From: Myxococcota bacterium
GTDB taxonomy: Bacteria; Myxococcota_A; UBA796; CAJQPC01
NCBI GenBank assembly: GCA_036012755.1
Contig: DASCPX010000016.1
Coordinates: 96,001 to 160,000, forward strand
Direction: 5' to 3'
Length of the DNA stretch: 64,000 nucleotides
In this document: positions 47,649 to 57,252 of the stretch, one piece after another
Numbering within the stretch: the first letter of the stretch is position 1
How the letters are laid out: the number at the start of each line of letters is the position of its first letter
Translations under genes and position numbers: made by a program
The notes under the pieces: generated by a model
The model's input: only the letters and a program-made list of their open reading frames with translations
Told to the model about the DNA's origin: nothing
Database searches by the model: none

Positions 47649-49414
47649 TGCTCGCGGGCAGCTGCAGCACCGTCGTCGAGCTCTTCCGCAGGCGGGTGGA
47701 GGCCTCCGGGAAGCACCCGATGTACCGCGTCAAGCGAGGCGGATCCTGGGAGGTCACGACCTGGCGCCAGTTCGGCGACCGGGCCGAGGCCATCGCCGCC
47801 GCGCTGCACGAGTGGGGCCTGCGGCGTGGCGACTCGGTGGCGATCATGGGGGACACCAACCCGGGCTGGGTCGAGGCCGACATGGCCTCGTTGCTCCTGG
47901 GCGCGCGGGTGGTCGGCGTCTACCAGAACCTCCTCCTCGACCAGGTCCAGTACCTCCTCGAGGACGCCGGCTGCCGCCTCGTCTTCGTGCAGGGACGACA
48001 GGCCCTGGAGCTCGTCTCGCCGCTGCTTCAGACGGTCGAGACGCTGGAGGGGGTGATCGCCTGGGGCACCGAGCACGAGACCACCCTCGACGGACTCGCC
48101 TCCCGGGCCCTCGACCCGGCGCCGGTCCGAGAGGCCCAGGCGACCCTGCAGCCCGAAGACGACGTGCTGGTGGTCTACACCAGCGGCACCACCGGCCAGC
48201 CCAAGGGCGTGCCGCTCAACAGCCGGAACATCCTGGCCATGTTGTTCGCGGGCGAGAGCCTCGTCGACCACGTCGGGCCAGCGGACATCACCCTGTCCTT
48301 CCTGCCGATGGCGCACGTCGCCGAGCACGTCCCCGGCTTCTTCGGCCGCATGAACCTGGGGCTCCAGACCGCCTACGCCACCAACTACGACACCGTCCTC
48401 GACGAGCTGCAGGAGATCCGCCCCACCATCTTCGGCGGCGTGCCGCGCATCTTCGAGAAGATGTACGGGCGCATCCACGAGCGGGTGGCCCGGGCCTCGC
48501 CCAGGCGCCAGCGGCTGTTCGTCTGGGCCAAGGCGCTGGCGGTGCGAAAGGCCCGCGAAGAGATGTCGCTGCTGGACTGGCTGCTCTACCCGGTGGCGGA
48601 TGTGCTGGTCTATCGCCGCCTCAGGGCTGTCTTCGGCGGCCGCGTGAGGGGCTTCCTCACCGGATCGGCGCCCATCAACATCGAGATCCTGGAGTTCTTC
48701 TACGGCGTCGGAATGGTCATCATCGAGTGCTACGGCATGTCCGAGTGCAGCGCCATCAGCTTCTCCAACAGCGCCGAGGATCTCCGGCTGGGCACGGTCG
48801 GCAGGGCCCTGCCGGGGGTCGAGTGCCGCATCGCCTCCGACGGCGAGATCTGGCTCCGCGGCCCGGCTGTCTTCGCCGGCTACCTCAACCAGCCAGGGGC
48901 TGCCCGCTTCGACGAGGAGGGCTGGTTCCCCACCGGAGACATCGGAGACCTCGACGCCGACGGCTACCTGCGCATCACCGACCGCAAGAAGAACCTGATC
49001 AAGACCGCTGGCGGCAAGTACGTGGCCCCCGCTCGACTGGAGGCGCTCATCAAGGAGGAGCCCCTGGTCAGCCAGGTCTACGTGCACGGCGACCGGCGGC
49101 CCTATGTCGTCGCGCTGGTCACCCTGGACGAGCGAGAGACCGGCAGGGTGGCAGAGGAGCTCGGCCTGAGCGAGGCAGAGCTGCCCGAGTCCCCAGAGGT
49201 CCTTCGCCGCATCTCGGTCGCCGTCGAGCGCGCCAACGCACGCCTCGCCCGCTTCGAGCAGCTGAAGGCACACGCGGTGCTGCCCCGGGACTTCAGCCTC
49301 GAGGAGGGCACGGTCACGCCGACCTTGAAGATCAAGCGTCGGGTCGTGGCCGAGCGCTACGCAGACGAGATCGAGGCGCTCTACCTCAGGGGTCGAGGCA
49401 GCGCTCCCGGCTGA
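47648..49414 (+). CDS. Long-chain fatty acid-CoA ligase
   Basis: YTSGTTGQPKG, SFLPMAH, YGMSE, TGDIG, ITDRKKNLIKTAGGK, TPTLKIKR. Confidence 0.95.
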   Translation: MLAGSCSTVVELFRRRVEASGKHPMYRVKRGGSWEVTTWRQFGDRAEAIAAALHEWGLRRGDSVAIMGDTNPGWVEADMASLLLGARVVGVYQNLLLDQVQYLLEDAGCRLVFVQGRQALELVSPLLQTVETLEGVIAWGTEHETTLDGLASRALDPAPVREAQATLQPEDDVLVVYTSGTTGQPKGVPLNSRNILAMLFAGESLVDHVGPADITLSFLPMAHVAEHVPGFFGRMNLGLQTAYATNYDTVLDELQEIRPTIFGGVPRIFEKMYGRIHERVARASPRRQRLFVWAKALAVRKAREEMSLLDWLLYPVADVLVYRRLRAVFGGRVRGFLTGSAPINIEILEFFYGVGMVIIECYGMSECSAISFSNSAEDLRLGTVGRALPGVECRIASDGEIWLRGPAVFAGYLNQPGAARFDEEGWFPTGDIGDLDADGYLRITDRKKNLIKTAGGKYVAPARLEALIKEEPLVSQVYVHGDRRPYVVALVTLDERETGRVAEELGLSEAELPESPEVLRRISVAVERANARLARFEQLKAHAVLPRDFSLEEGTVTPTLKIKRRVVAERYADEIEALYLRGRGSAPG

Positions 49415-50204
49415 CCACCGCGATCAGCTGGAAGCGGAAGGTGCGCGCGCGGTCGTAGGTGCCGGTCAACGACAGGCAGGCCTCGTCGAAGGAGATCGTG
49501 CGGATGTGGCGGAAGCCCGCCGCGTGAACCATCGGCACCGGGTCGCTGCAGCCGAAGCGGAAGGGCTCGCCCAGGCCCTCGACGAGATCGGAGAGCCCCT
49601 CCTGGACGTCGCCCTGGACCAGCCTCTGGTTGACGAGGTCGAAGTGGAGCACGCTCTCGGGATGGAGCCCCTCGGCGACCCTCGACAGGGTGGCCTCGAC
49701 GGCGGCGCGAGTCAGGTAGGGCACGACCCCCTCCCAGACGATCGCCGCGGGAGCGTGAAGATCGAGCCCCTCGTCGGCGAGGCGCTCCACGAAGTCGTCC
49801 TGCTCGAAGTCGCAGCCGACGTAGGTCGCGACCTCCAAGGGGTAGTCGAGCTCGCCCAGTCGCCTGAGCTTCAGGGCCTGGGTCTCCGGGTGATCGACCT
49901 CGAAGAAGCGCACACCCGGGCTCGCCAGGCGCTGGGCTCGGGTGTCCAGTCCGGCGCCGAGGATCACGACCTGCTGCATCCCGGAGCGGACCAGGCTCCG
50001 GACGTAGCCATCGAGCGTGGCTGTGCGCACGGCGATCCACAGCTCCCCGTGGGGGAAGACCGCGTCGTGCATGCGGGCGTACTCCAGCCCGGCTTCACCT
50101 GCGAGGTCCGCCGCCCAGGGGTCGCTGCAGACCTGGCCACGAGCGCTCGCCCGGCCACGGTATGCGGCCACCAGGAGCGCTGTACGGCTTCCGCCCTCGA
50201 TCAT
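49386..50204 (-). CDS. SAM-dependent methyltransferase, LCM-like family
   Basis: QVVILGAGLDTRA, FFEVDHP, WEGVVPYL. Confidence 0.9.
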   Translation of the reverse strand: MIEGGSRTALLVAAYRGRASARGQVCSDPWAADLAGEAGLEYARMHDAVFPHGELWIAVRTATLDGYVRSLVRSGMQQVVILGAGLDTRAQRLASPGVRFFEVDHPETQALKLRRLGELDYPLEVATYVGCDFEQDDFVERLADEGLDLHAPAAIVWEGVVPYLTRAAVEATLSRVAEGLHPESVLHFDLVNQRLVQGDVQEGLSDLVEGLGEPFRFGCSDPVPMVHAAGFRHIRTISFDEACLSLTGTYDRARTFRFQLIAVVSRERCLDP

Positions 50205-50419
50205 CCGTCATCCTTGGCCCGGCAGTGTACCCAGACCCCCTGCATCGCCACGTTGCAGGCCATGTCCCCCCGGTCACAGGCCTCGAGGACCCAGGCCTGC
50301 ATGCGAAAGGGGTCGCTGGGCACGCCCTCGCAGAAGCCAGGGGTGGAGCGGGCGGCATCCAGGCAGGTCGGGACCCAGATCTGGTGGTACAGCACCTCGT
50401 CCATGTTGAAGGCCATCAT
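50201..50419 (-). CDS. Small Cys-containing hypothetical protein
   Basis: Fills the co-directional gap; ATGA overlap with the methyltransferase; 5 Cys in 72 aa. Confidence 0.45.
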   Translation of the reverse strand: MMAFNMDEVLYHQIWVPTCLDAARSTPGFCEGVPSDPFRMQAWVLEACDRGDMACNVAMQGVWVHCRAKDDG

Positions 50420-50438
50420 CGAGGGTGTTCGACATCCC

Positions 50439-51473
50439 CTAGAGGTCCGCCAGGAACTCGCGGACCTCGGCGAAGGCCGCCCCGCGTCCGAAGTGCAGCA
50501 TGTGGCCACCGGGGAACCAGTGGATTCGTGGCCGGCCCCAGTGCTGCCACAGGAGCTCCACGTGATCGGGGCGGGTCACGCGGTCACCGCTGCCGGCGAT
50601 GATCATCCGGCGGTCCCGGGGGACCAGCGGCTGGAGACGCAGCGGCGAGTGGACGGCGTACAGGTCGCGCAGGGTGTCCACCGTGACGCCGCGCTCCTCT
50701 GCGGCCCGGCGCTGGGGGTTCCTCTCTCCGAGCTCCCACATCAGGTCGGCAAGCGACACCATCGGGACCATCGGGATCACGAAGGACAGCCTCGGCTCGA
50801 CGCTGGCCAGCAGCGCCGCCACGTAGCCGCCCAGGCTCTGCCCCATGACGCCGACGGGCCCCTCGATCGTCTTGATGAGGCCTCGCAGATCCCAGATCGC
50901 CTGACCGAAGGTCTCGTTCGTCCTGCGGGGGCTGGTCCCGGGGAAGAGCTGGCCGCCGTAGAGGGAGCCCTTGGGGGTGCGCGGGCCGTGGAAGGGCAGG
51001 ATGAAGATGAAGACGTCCAGGCCGCTGCGGTAGAGCTCGCGGAGCTGGAAGGCCTCGCGGGTGAACAGGAAGCTGCCGGTGGCCCAGCTGTGGACCAGGA
51101 TCACCGTGCCCCGACAGCCCCGCGGGTGGCGGAAGTGCTCCGCGTGGCAGGTGGTGTTGGCCTCCCAGCTGTCGAAGCGCGCCTGGTAGTCCGGATCGCG
51201 GGTGCGGTAGTTCGAGGGCCAGCGCAAGCGCTCGATGCGCCTCTCCAGCGGGCGGGTCCTGCGCTCGATCCTGGGGGCCGGCGGCTCGACGAAGAAGGAC
51301 TCCCGCTGCCAGCGCGGCGAGGTGTAGAAGTCGAAGCTCAGGGCCTGTCGGGCCTGGCGCGACTCGTCGTTGGGGTTGCCGCCCAGCATCCACATCAGCT
51401 CCAGCGCTGGGACGAGGGATCGGTCGATGCTGGCGCTCCAGGCGCTCGACATCCGGCGGGCGATGACGGACAC
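50439..51473 (-). CDS. Alpha/beta hydrolase
   Basis: LPFHGPR, GQSLGG nucleophile elbow, DRVT, FPGGH. Confidence 0.88.
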   Translation of the reverse strand: MSVIARRMSSAWSASIDRSLVPALELMWMLGGNPNDESRQARQALSFDFYTSPRWQRESFFVEPPAPRIERRTRPLERRIERLRWPSNYRTRDPDYQARFDSWEANTTCHAEHFRHPRGCRGTVILVHSWATGSFLFTREAFQLRELYRSGLDVFIFILPFHGPRTPKGSLYGGQLFPGTSPRRTNETFGQAIWDLRGLIKTIEGPVGVMGQSLGGYVAALLASVEPRLSFVIPMVPMVSLADLMWELGERNPQRRAAEERGVTVDTLRDLYAVHSPLRLQPLVPRDRRMIIAGSGDRVTRPDHVELLWQHWGRPRIHWFPGGHMLHFGRGAAFAEVREFLADL

Positions 51474-51493
51474 GAACGAAGGATACTGCAGCG

Positions 51494-52822
51494 GTGAACC
51501 TGTTTCTCGCCCTGTCGTGCACCTACGAGCCTCCTGGCGGTGGGCGCCAGGCCGTGTGCAGTCCCTCGGCCGCGTTCGATGGCGACCTCGGGCGGAGGAT
51601 GGGCCTCAGCAGCCACCTCGAGTGGGGCGAGGCCAGCGAGGCGCGAGACTTCGAGCTGGCCGGGTGGGAGGACCTGGGGGTCGGCGTCGTGCGGCGGGAC
51701 CTGACCTGGTCGGTGCTGGAGCCGGCCCGAGGACAGTGGGACTTCGCCCCCGCCGATCGCGCGGTGGAGGCCATGGAGTCTGCCGGGGTAGAGCCGCTGG
51801 GGCTCCTGGACTACGGCAACAGCTGGGCCAGCGAAGACGGCGAGGGCATGGGGCCTCCCGATGATCTCGCCGACTTCGGCGCCTACGCCACGGCTGTGGC
51901 CCAGCGCTACGAGGGGCGCATCCACAGCTACGAGGTCTGGAACGAGCCCAACGCGGGCCTGGCCTTCTGGAAGCCGGAGGAGGACCCGGCGGCCTACGGG
52001 GCGCTGCTCGTGGTGGCCGCGGACGCCATCCACGCGGTCGACCCAGAGGCCGAGGTCATCTTCGCCGGCGTCTTCCACCCCGACCTGGGACTGAACACGC
52101 CGGGCGAGGAGTTCATCGCTGCGGTGCACGAGGCGGTACCGGACTTCGCCGAGCACATCGACGCCATGGCCTTCCACCCCTACCGCTACCCCTTCACCGC
52201 GCCAGAGGACGACGAGTTCCAGCGCACCCTCGAGCAGGAGCTGTGCGATCTCCGGGACTTGAACGCCGAGGTCGGTGCCGGAGAGATGCCGCTGCACATC
52301 ACCGAGCTCGGCTGGCACACCGCCATCGATGCCCTGACTCGAGGCGCGACCCAAGAGCAACAGGCCAGCTACCTGGTGCGCAGCTCCGTGATCGCCTTCG
52401 CCCACGGCGTCGAGTCATTCCACTGGTACACCTTCCGCGACTCCGGGGACGACGACGCCAACCAGGAGCACGCCTTCGGGCTCTACGGCTGGGACGAGGA
52501 CCCCACCACGGCGCCCGAGCCCGAAGCCAAGGCGGCAGCGGTCGCCTACACGGTGCTCGTGCGGATGCTCGGCGGCCACGACACGGTCGTCGACCTCGCC
52601 GAGCTCCTCGGGACAGAGGCCCACGTCTACGAGCTCTCCGGCGGCGCTGGTCGCACCCTGGTCTTCTGGGACCCCTCCGGCGAGACCGAGGTGCTCGTGC
52701 CGGGGCGAGGCACCGCCTCGCTGATCTCGATGCTCGGCGAGGAGTCCGAGCTCCGCGCTCGAGGCGGCGCCTTCACGGTCCAGGCTGGCAACTCTCCGAG
52801 CTACCTGGAGCTCCCGGAGTAG
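51494..52822 (+). CDS. Clan GH-A glycoside hydrolase lipoprotein (GH5/GH39-like)
   Basis: YEVWNEPN, AFHPY, ITELGW, WYTFRD, FGL. Confidence 0.85.
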   Translation: MNLFLALSCTYEPPGGGRQAVCSPSAAFDGDLGRRMGLSSHLEWGEASEARDFELAGWEDLGVGVVRRDLTWSVLEPARGQWDFAPADRAVEAMESAGVEPLGLLDYGNSWASEDGEGMGPPDDLADFGAYATAVAQRYEGRIHSYEVWNEPNAGLAFWKPEEDPAAYGALLVVAADAIHAVDPEAEVIFAGVFHPDLGLNTPGEEFIAAVHEAVPDFAEHIDAMAFHPYRYPFTAPEDDEFQRTLEQELCDLRDLNAEVGAGEMPLHITELGWHTAIDALTRGATQEQQASYLVRSSVIAFAHGVESFHWYTFRDSGDDDANQEHAFGLYGWDEDPTTAPEPEAKAAAVAYTVLVRMLGGHDTVVDLAELLGTEAHVYELSGGAGRTLVFWDPSGETEVLVPGRGTASLISMLGEESELRARGGAFTVQAGNSPSYLELPE

Positions 52823-52829
52823 CGGCCGC

Positions 52830-53216
52830 CTACTCCAGGAAGAACTCCGACACCTCGGGCGTCTTCAGGTGACGCCAGCTCGCCCACCCGAGTCCACCGA
52901 AGAGCGCCGCGGCGAGGACCGCGCCCCCGAACTCCTGGGTGATGAGCGCCCCGAGCACGGTCGGCAGGCCGTAGAGGGCCCACCAGCCGAGGATGAGGCG
53001 ACGTGCCCAGGGGTGGCGCTGGCGGATCGTCATGATGATGGCGCCGTGGTAGGCGGCGATGAGCAGGCAGAAGACAAAGCCCACGATCCCGACAGCGACT
53101 TCGCCCTGGCCGATGGCCAAGAGCAGGACCAGGCCGAGCAACAGCGCGACTCCGCCCAGCGCCCAGGCGGTGAAGTAGGCGAAGAAGATCAGGGTCGGGG
53201 TCTCGGTGCGGGACAT
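52830..53216 (-). CDS. Small 4-TM membrane protein
   Basis: Four hydrophobic segments; WARR...PEVSEFF pattern. Confidence 0.75.
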   Translation of the reverse strand: MSRTETPTLIFFAYFTAWALGGVALLLGLVLLLAIGQGEVAVGIVGFVFCLLIAAYHGAIIMTIRQRHPWARRLILGWWALYGLPTVLGALITQEFGGAVLAAALFGGLGWASWRHLKTPEVSEFFLE

Positions 53217-53262
53217 CTGGCTTCCTCGAATAGCCCGCCTCTGGGCGCGAGTCTATGCGACG

Positions 53263-54451
53263 TCACTGCAGGCGACGCAGGGCCGAGGCCAGCTCGAGTG
53301 CTCGCCCGAGGGCGGCGGCGAGCTCGCCGAGTCCCTCAGCTCTCAGTGTGACGCCTTCGTCGTCCACAGAGGACGCCGGGTGGCGGTGGACGACCTCCAG
53401 CAGCGGGCCGACGAAGTCCTCGTCGTCGAAGAGGGCGACAGCTCCTGGCTCTCCGCCCACCGCGATCAGGCTGTCGAGGACGGGGTTGTGGAGGTCGATC
53501 GGCTCTTGGACGTTGCCCGAGCGGTCCGCGTGGACCACCTGAAGGTCGAAGGGTGGGTCGATGCGGACCTTCACACAGGTCTCCCGGCTGCCGAGGCGAC
53601 TCACCCGGACGGCGAAGCCATCGATCTCACCGGAGAGCTCGTCTTCGTGGACCTCGAGGCCCAGATCCTCGGCCGCGTCGACCCAGATGTGCGGCAGCGG
53701 TCGCTCCTCTCCGCTCTTGCTGCCGCGTATGGCGAGCTCGTCGTCATCGTCGTCGTCATCGGCCAGGTACTTGCCGAGAGCTCGGATGAGGACGAACCCC
53801 AGGGTCAACAGCGCCACTGCGACCGAGCCGATCTTCCACCAGGCGAGGCGCTCGACGGTCGGACCGGGGTCGCCGTGTCGCCAGTCGAAGTCGAGGCGCT
53901 CGGCGAGGTCCTCAGCCGTAATCGCCGTGGTGGGTCCGTCCATGTGGCGGACCCCCCCCCAGTTCGTTCCAGTAGAGCACCGGTTCACCGGGCTCGGTCG
54001 GTGCGGGGAGGTCGGTCACGAGCACCCCAGGCGTGCTCCTGTCGGTGACGCTTCCCTGGACCGGCGCCCCCGAGAGCCGGGGGCTCCAGATCTGTTTTCG
54101 TTCATAGGGCAACGAGTTGCGGATCGGAAAGCAGGTCGGATCCTGCGACGGGTATCGAAGCAGGGCGAGCTCTTCGTCCCTCCGGACCACCTGTGCCTCC
54201 ACCCGGTTGCCGTCGGTGAACCACAGCTCCACGCTGTCGTCGTCGACGAGCAGCTCCGCGGCGGCGAGGGCGAAGCCCGCGGGACTTATGACCAGGGCCT
54301 GACCGCCCCGCTCCAGTCCGGGCATGGCGGCGTGGACGTTGTCGAGCTCGTAGATGCTGGTGTGGATCTCGCCCGTGCAGTGTTGGACCGTGAGCAGGCC
54401 CTCCTCCGGATTCGCACAGGCCAGGGACAACAGCAGCATCGAGCCCGTCAT
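53263..54451 (-). pseudogene. Lipoprotein with degenerate trypsin/HtrA-like domain + TM + NPVxD domain, frameshifted at a G9 tract (53952-53960)
   Basis: ORFs 53912..54451 and 53263..53988 overlap across the tract; removing one G fuses them (...YWNELGGVRHMDGPTTAIT...). Confidence 0.65.
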
Positions 54452-54508
54452 GCTACTCGGCCATCCCCACGTCGTAGGATCCGCAGGATCAGGCTCGAGG
54501 TGGATTAA

Positions 54509-54841
54509 ATGGCCTACGTCGTAGGCGAACCCTGCGTCAACTGCAAGTACGGCGACTGCGTGGACGCCTGCCCTGTCGACTGCTTCTACCAGGACGACAG
54601 GATGCTCTACATCAACCCGGCCGAGTGCATCGACTGCGACGCCTGCAAGCCGGAGTGCCCGGTCGAGGCCATCTTCCCGGCCTCCGAGGAGCCCCCCTAC
54701 GACCAGACGGGGTGTACGCACGTCGCGGCCTACTACGTCTGGCTCGGCGAGAGCTTCGACTACTCCGAGCACCGGCGCGTGACCTCCAAGGAAGAGGTCC
54801 ACAACGGCTCGGACTGGGACGAGAGCATCGCGATCAAGTAG
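54509..54841 (+). CDS. Dicluster ferredoxin (FdxA-like)
   Basis: [18 protein letters not shown]...[17 protein letters not shown]. Confidence 0.93.
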   Translation: MAYVVGEPCVNCKYGDCVDACPVDCFYQDDRMLYINPAECIDCDACKPECPVEAIFPASEEPPYDQTGCTHVAAYYVWLGESFDYSEHRRVTSKEEVHNGSDWDESIAIK

Positions 54842-54865
54842 TCTGGAGAGTCGAGGGAGCGACAA

Positions 54866-56233
54866 ATGCAGAAGCGGAGCGCCTGGATGAGTGTGGTGGT
54901 GGGCTTGCTCGTGTCCACGACGGCATGGGCCCAGCAGCGCCCTGGAAAGATCGTCGTCGACTCCGGCAGCGCCAAGGGCGAGATCGTGCTCGACGGCTTC
55001 CCGACGGGGATCATGGCGCCGACCACCCTGGAGTCCGTGCCCCCCGGCGAGCACGTGATCGAGGTCGAGTACGGCTGCATGTTCGCCACCGGCACCGCGC
55101 AGGTGCGGACGGAGGAGACCGTCACCGCCCACATGACGGTCGAGAACCGCGGCGGCACCGGGACGATCCGCGTCCGGGGCCTCCCGCGTGGCGCCGAGGT
55201 CTACATCGACAACGCCCCCAGCGACGCGCTGGGGCTGGAGGACGGCTCAGAGGTCAAGTGCGGCGCCCGGCGGGTCCGCGTCGAGAGCCCCGGCTTCGAG
55301 GCGTGGGAGGACCTCGTCGTCGTGACAAGCGGGAAGTGGTCCACGGTCGAGCCGGAGCTCGTCCAGGCCGAGATCGTCGAGGAGCCGCGGTACGTCGAGC
55401 GCGAGGTCCCACGCTACGAGGAGCCCGAGTACGACGACCTCTCCGATCTGGACGCCGAGTACGACATGGACGATCCCATCGACGCGGCGCGCCGCGCCGA
55501 GGAGGAGCGTCGCAGGCAGGCCGAAGAAGAAACCCGCCGCGCGCAGGAAGAGGCCCGTCGGCGCGCCGAAGAGGAGCGCATGGCGCGCTTTGGCGACATC
55601 GACAGTCTCGACGAGCCGGTGGTAGAGGAGAGCGGTCGCCGAGGTCGGGATCGCGACGATGAGGACGCCCGTGACGAGCTCGACGAGCTGGACGGGTTCG
55701 GGGACGAAGAGGAATACGAGGACGAGTACGAAGACGAGTACGAAGACGAGTACGACGACGAATACGACGAGGTCGACGACTACGACCGCTACGGCGACCT
55801 CGACGAGGAGCCCAGCGGACGAAGGGGCCGGTCGGAAAAACCCGACGACCGGCTGGATGCCAGCTCTCGGAACAGCAAGCAGAGCGAGGGGAAGCCCTTC
55901 CCCGTCCGCGGGGCTGGTGTGGTCGGAGGCGTCGCCGTCGCCGGCGCGGGGGTCGGGCTCGTCGCCGTGGGCACTTCTCGCCTCAACGCGTACCAGCCGT
56001 CCTACGACGTCCTCGTCGGGAACGACCCCCTCTCGCCGGAGGCCATCAACATCAACAACACCCAGCTCAAGCCAGCGAGGCAGATTCGCGGCCTGGGCTT
56101 CGGTCTAACTGGTGTCGGGGTCGCGGCGGGTGTCGTCAGCTACTTCCTGATCCCGCCCGCGTGGAACACGCAGCTCGTGGTGGCGCCCGAGAAGGATGGC
56201 GGTGGCATCGCGGTCCTGACAGTGGAGTTCTGA
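54866..56233 (+). CDS. PEGA-domain exported protein with acidic low-complexity linker
   Basis: Signal peptide, two PEGA-like repeats, (EDEY)n tract, Gly-rich hydrophobic C-terminus. Confidence 0.82.
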   Translation: MQKRSAWMSVVVGLLVSTTAWAQQRPGKIVVDSGSAKGEIVLDGFPTGIMAPTTLESVPPGEHVIEVEYGCMFATGTAQVRTEETVTAHMTVENRGGTGTIRVRGLPRGAEVYIDNAPSDALGLEDGSEVKCGARRVRVESPGFEAWEDLVVVTSGKWSTVEPELVQAEIVEEPRYVEREVPRYEEPEYDDLSDLDAEYDMDDPIDAARRAEEERRRQAEEETRRAQEEARRRAEEERMARFGDIDSLDEPVVEESGRRGRDRDDEDARDELDELDGFGDEEEYEDEYEDEYEDEYDDEYDEVDDYDRYGDLDEEPSGRRGRSEKPDDRLDASSRNSKQSEGKPFPVRGAGVVGGVAVAGAGVGLVAVGTSRLNAYQPSYDVLVGNDPLSPEAININNTQLKPARQIRGLGFGLTGVGVAAGVVSYFLIPPAWNTQLVVAPEKDGGGIAVLTVEF

Positions 56234-56261
56234 GCCCCTGGACCCACTGAGCGCGGCTGTC

Positions 56262-57221
56262 ATGGCGGTGGCCTTCGTGGCGGTGGCCGCGGGCTTCGTC
56301 ATCCGCAAGCGCCAGAGCGATGCCTTCGAGCGGGTGATCAAGTGGCTCAAGGGCAGCCGGCAGGTCGTCATGGCCCGCCGGGTCGGTCCCCAGACCGTCG
56401 AGTTCGAGCTCGAAGAGGGTGTCGGGGACATCACCCTGCGCACCTACGCTGGCGCCCGCGGAGACGGGCTGCGCCTGGCGATCACGGTGCCGCTGTCGCG
56501 GGAGCTCTCGGAGATGGTGCTCACGCCGAGGGGCCTCGTCGGCAACAGCGACGGCGTCCTCACCGGAGACTCCACCTTCGACGGCAAGTGGCTCCTGATG
56601 TCCGGGCGTCCGGACGCGGCGCGGCTGACCTTCGGGCCCTCGGCGCGCTCTGTGCTGAAGGGGGCCAAGCTGACCAGGATCGAGATCGGCGGCCGGAGGC
56701 TGGTGCTGAGCCAGGACGATGGAGTGCCCAGCGTGCCCCTGATGGTGTCCGCCTTCCGGCTGGCCCGCGCGCTCACCGGGGGCACCTGGCGGCGCATCGC
56801 AGAGGACCTCGGGCTCACCATGGAGGGCGAGTCCCTCGCCGGAGTGATCGAGGGCTACGAGACCCGGATCCGGCTCTGGGGCGGCAAGACACGTGTGGTC
56901 GTGGCGGTCGCCGGACACGGCCTGACGGCGATCCACAAGGCGCACGCCAACTTCCGGGGGGTGACGCTGGGGAACCCGGTCCTCGACGGCCTGTTGGCTC
57001 TGAACGGCGATCCGGCGCTCCTGAAGGAGCTGCTCGAAGACGAGGAGCTCATCGGCCCCCTGCTCGAGGTCGTCCACGGCCACCCCGGTTCGGTGGTCAG
57101 CCCCAGCGGTGTCACCCTCGAGGTCCCCGGAGTAGCGGGCGAGGAGCTCCGCGGACTAGTGGCACAGGCCCTCTGCCTCGCTCGAGCCCTGAGTCCGGAC
57201 CAGGGCCCCCCAGTGAGTTGA
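56262..57221 (+). CDS. Membrane-anchored hypothetical protein (NPVxD...PLLEVVH domain family)
   Basis: N-terminal hydrophobic stretch; motif shared with two other genes in the window. Confidence 0.75.
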   Translation: MAVAFVAVAAGFVIRKRQSDAFERVIKWLKGSRQVVMARRVGPQTVEFELEEGVGDITLRTYAGARGDGLRLAITVPLSRELSEMVLTPRGLVGNSDGVLTGDSTFDGKWLLMSGRPDAARLTFGPSARSVLKGAKLTRIEIGGRRLVLSQDDGVPSVPLMVSAFRLARALTGGTWRRIAEDLGLTMEGESLAGVIEGYETRIRLWGGKTRVVVAVAGHGLTAIHKAHANFRGVTLGNPVLDGLLALNGDPALLKELLEDEELIGPLLEVVHGHPGSVVSPSGVTLEVPGVAGEELRGLVAQALCLARALSPDQGPPVS

Positions 57222-57252
57222 AGTCCTCGCCCGTTGGTCCGATGAGTGGGGC

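Noticed and set aside
55700..55790. 12-bp GACGAGTACGAA-type repeats
   Set aside because: Ordinary coding low-complexity (EDEY)n linker in the PEGA protein.
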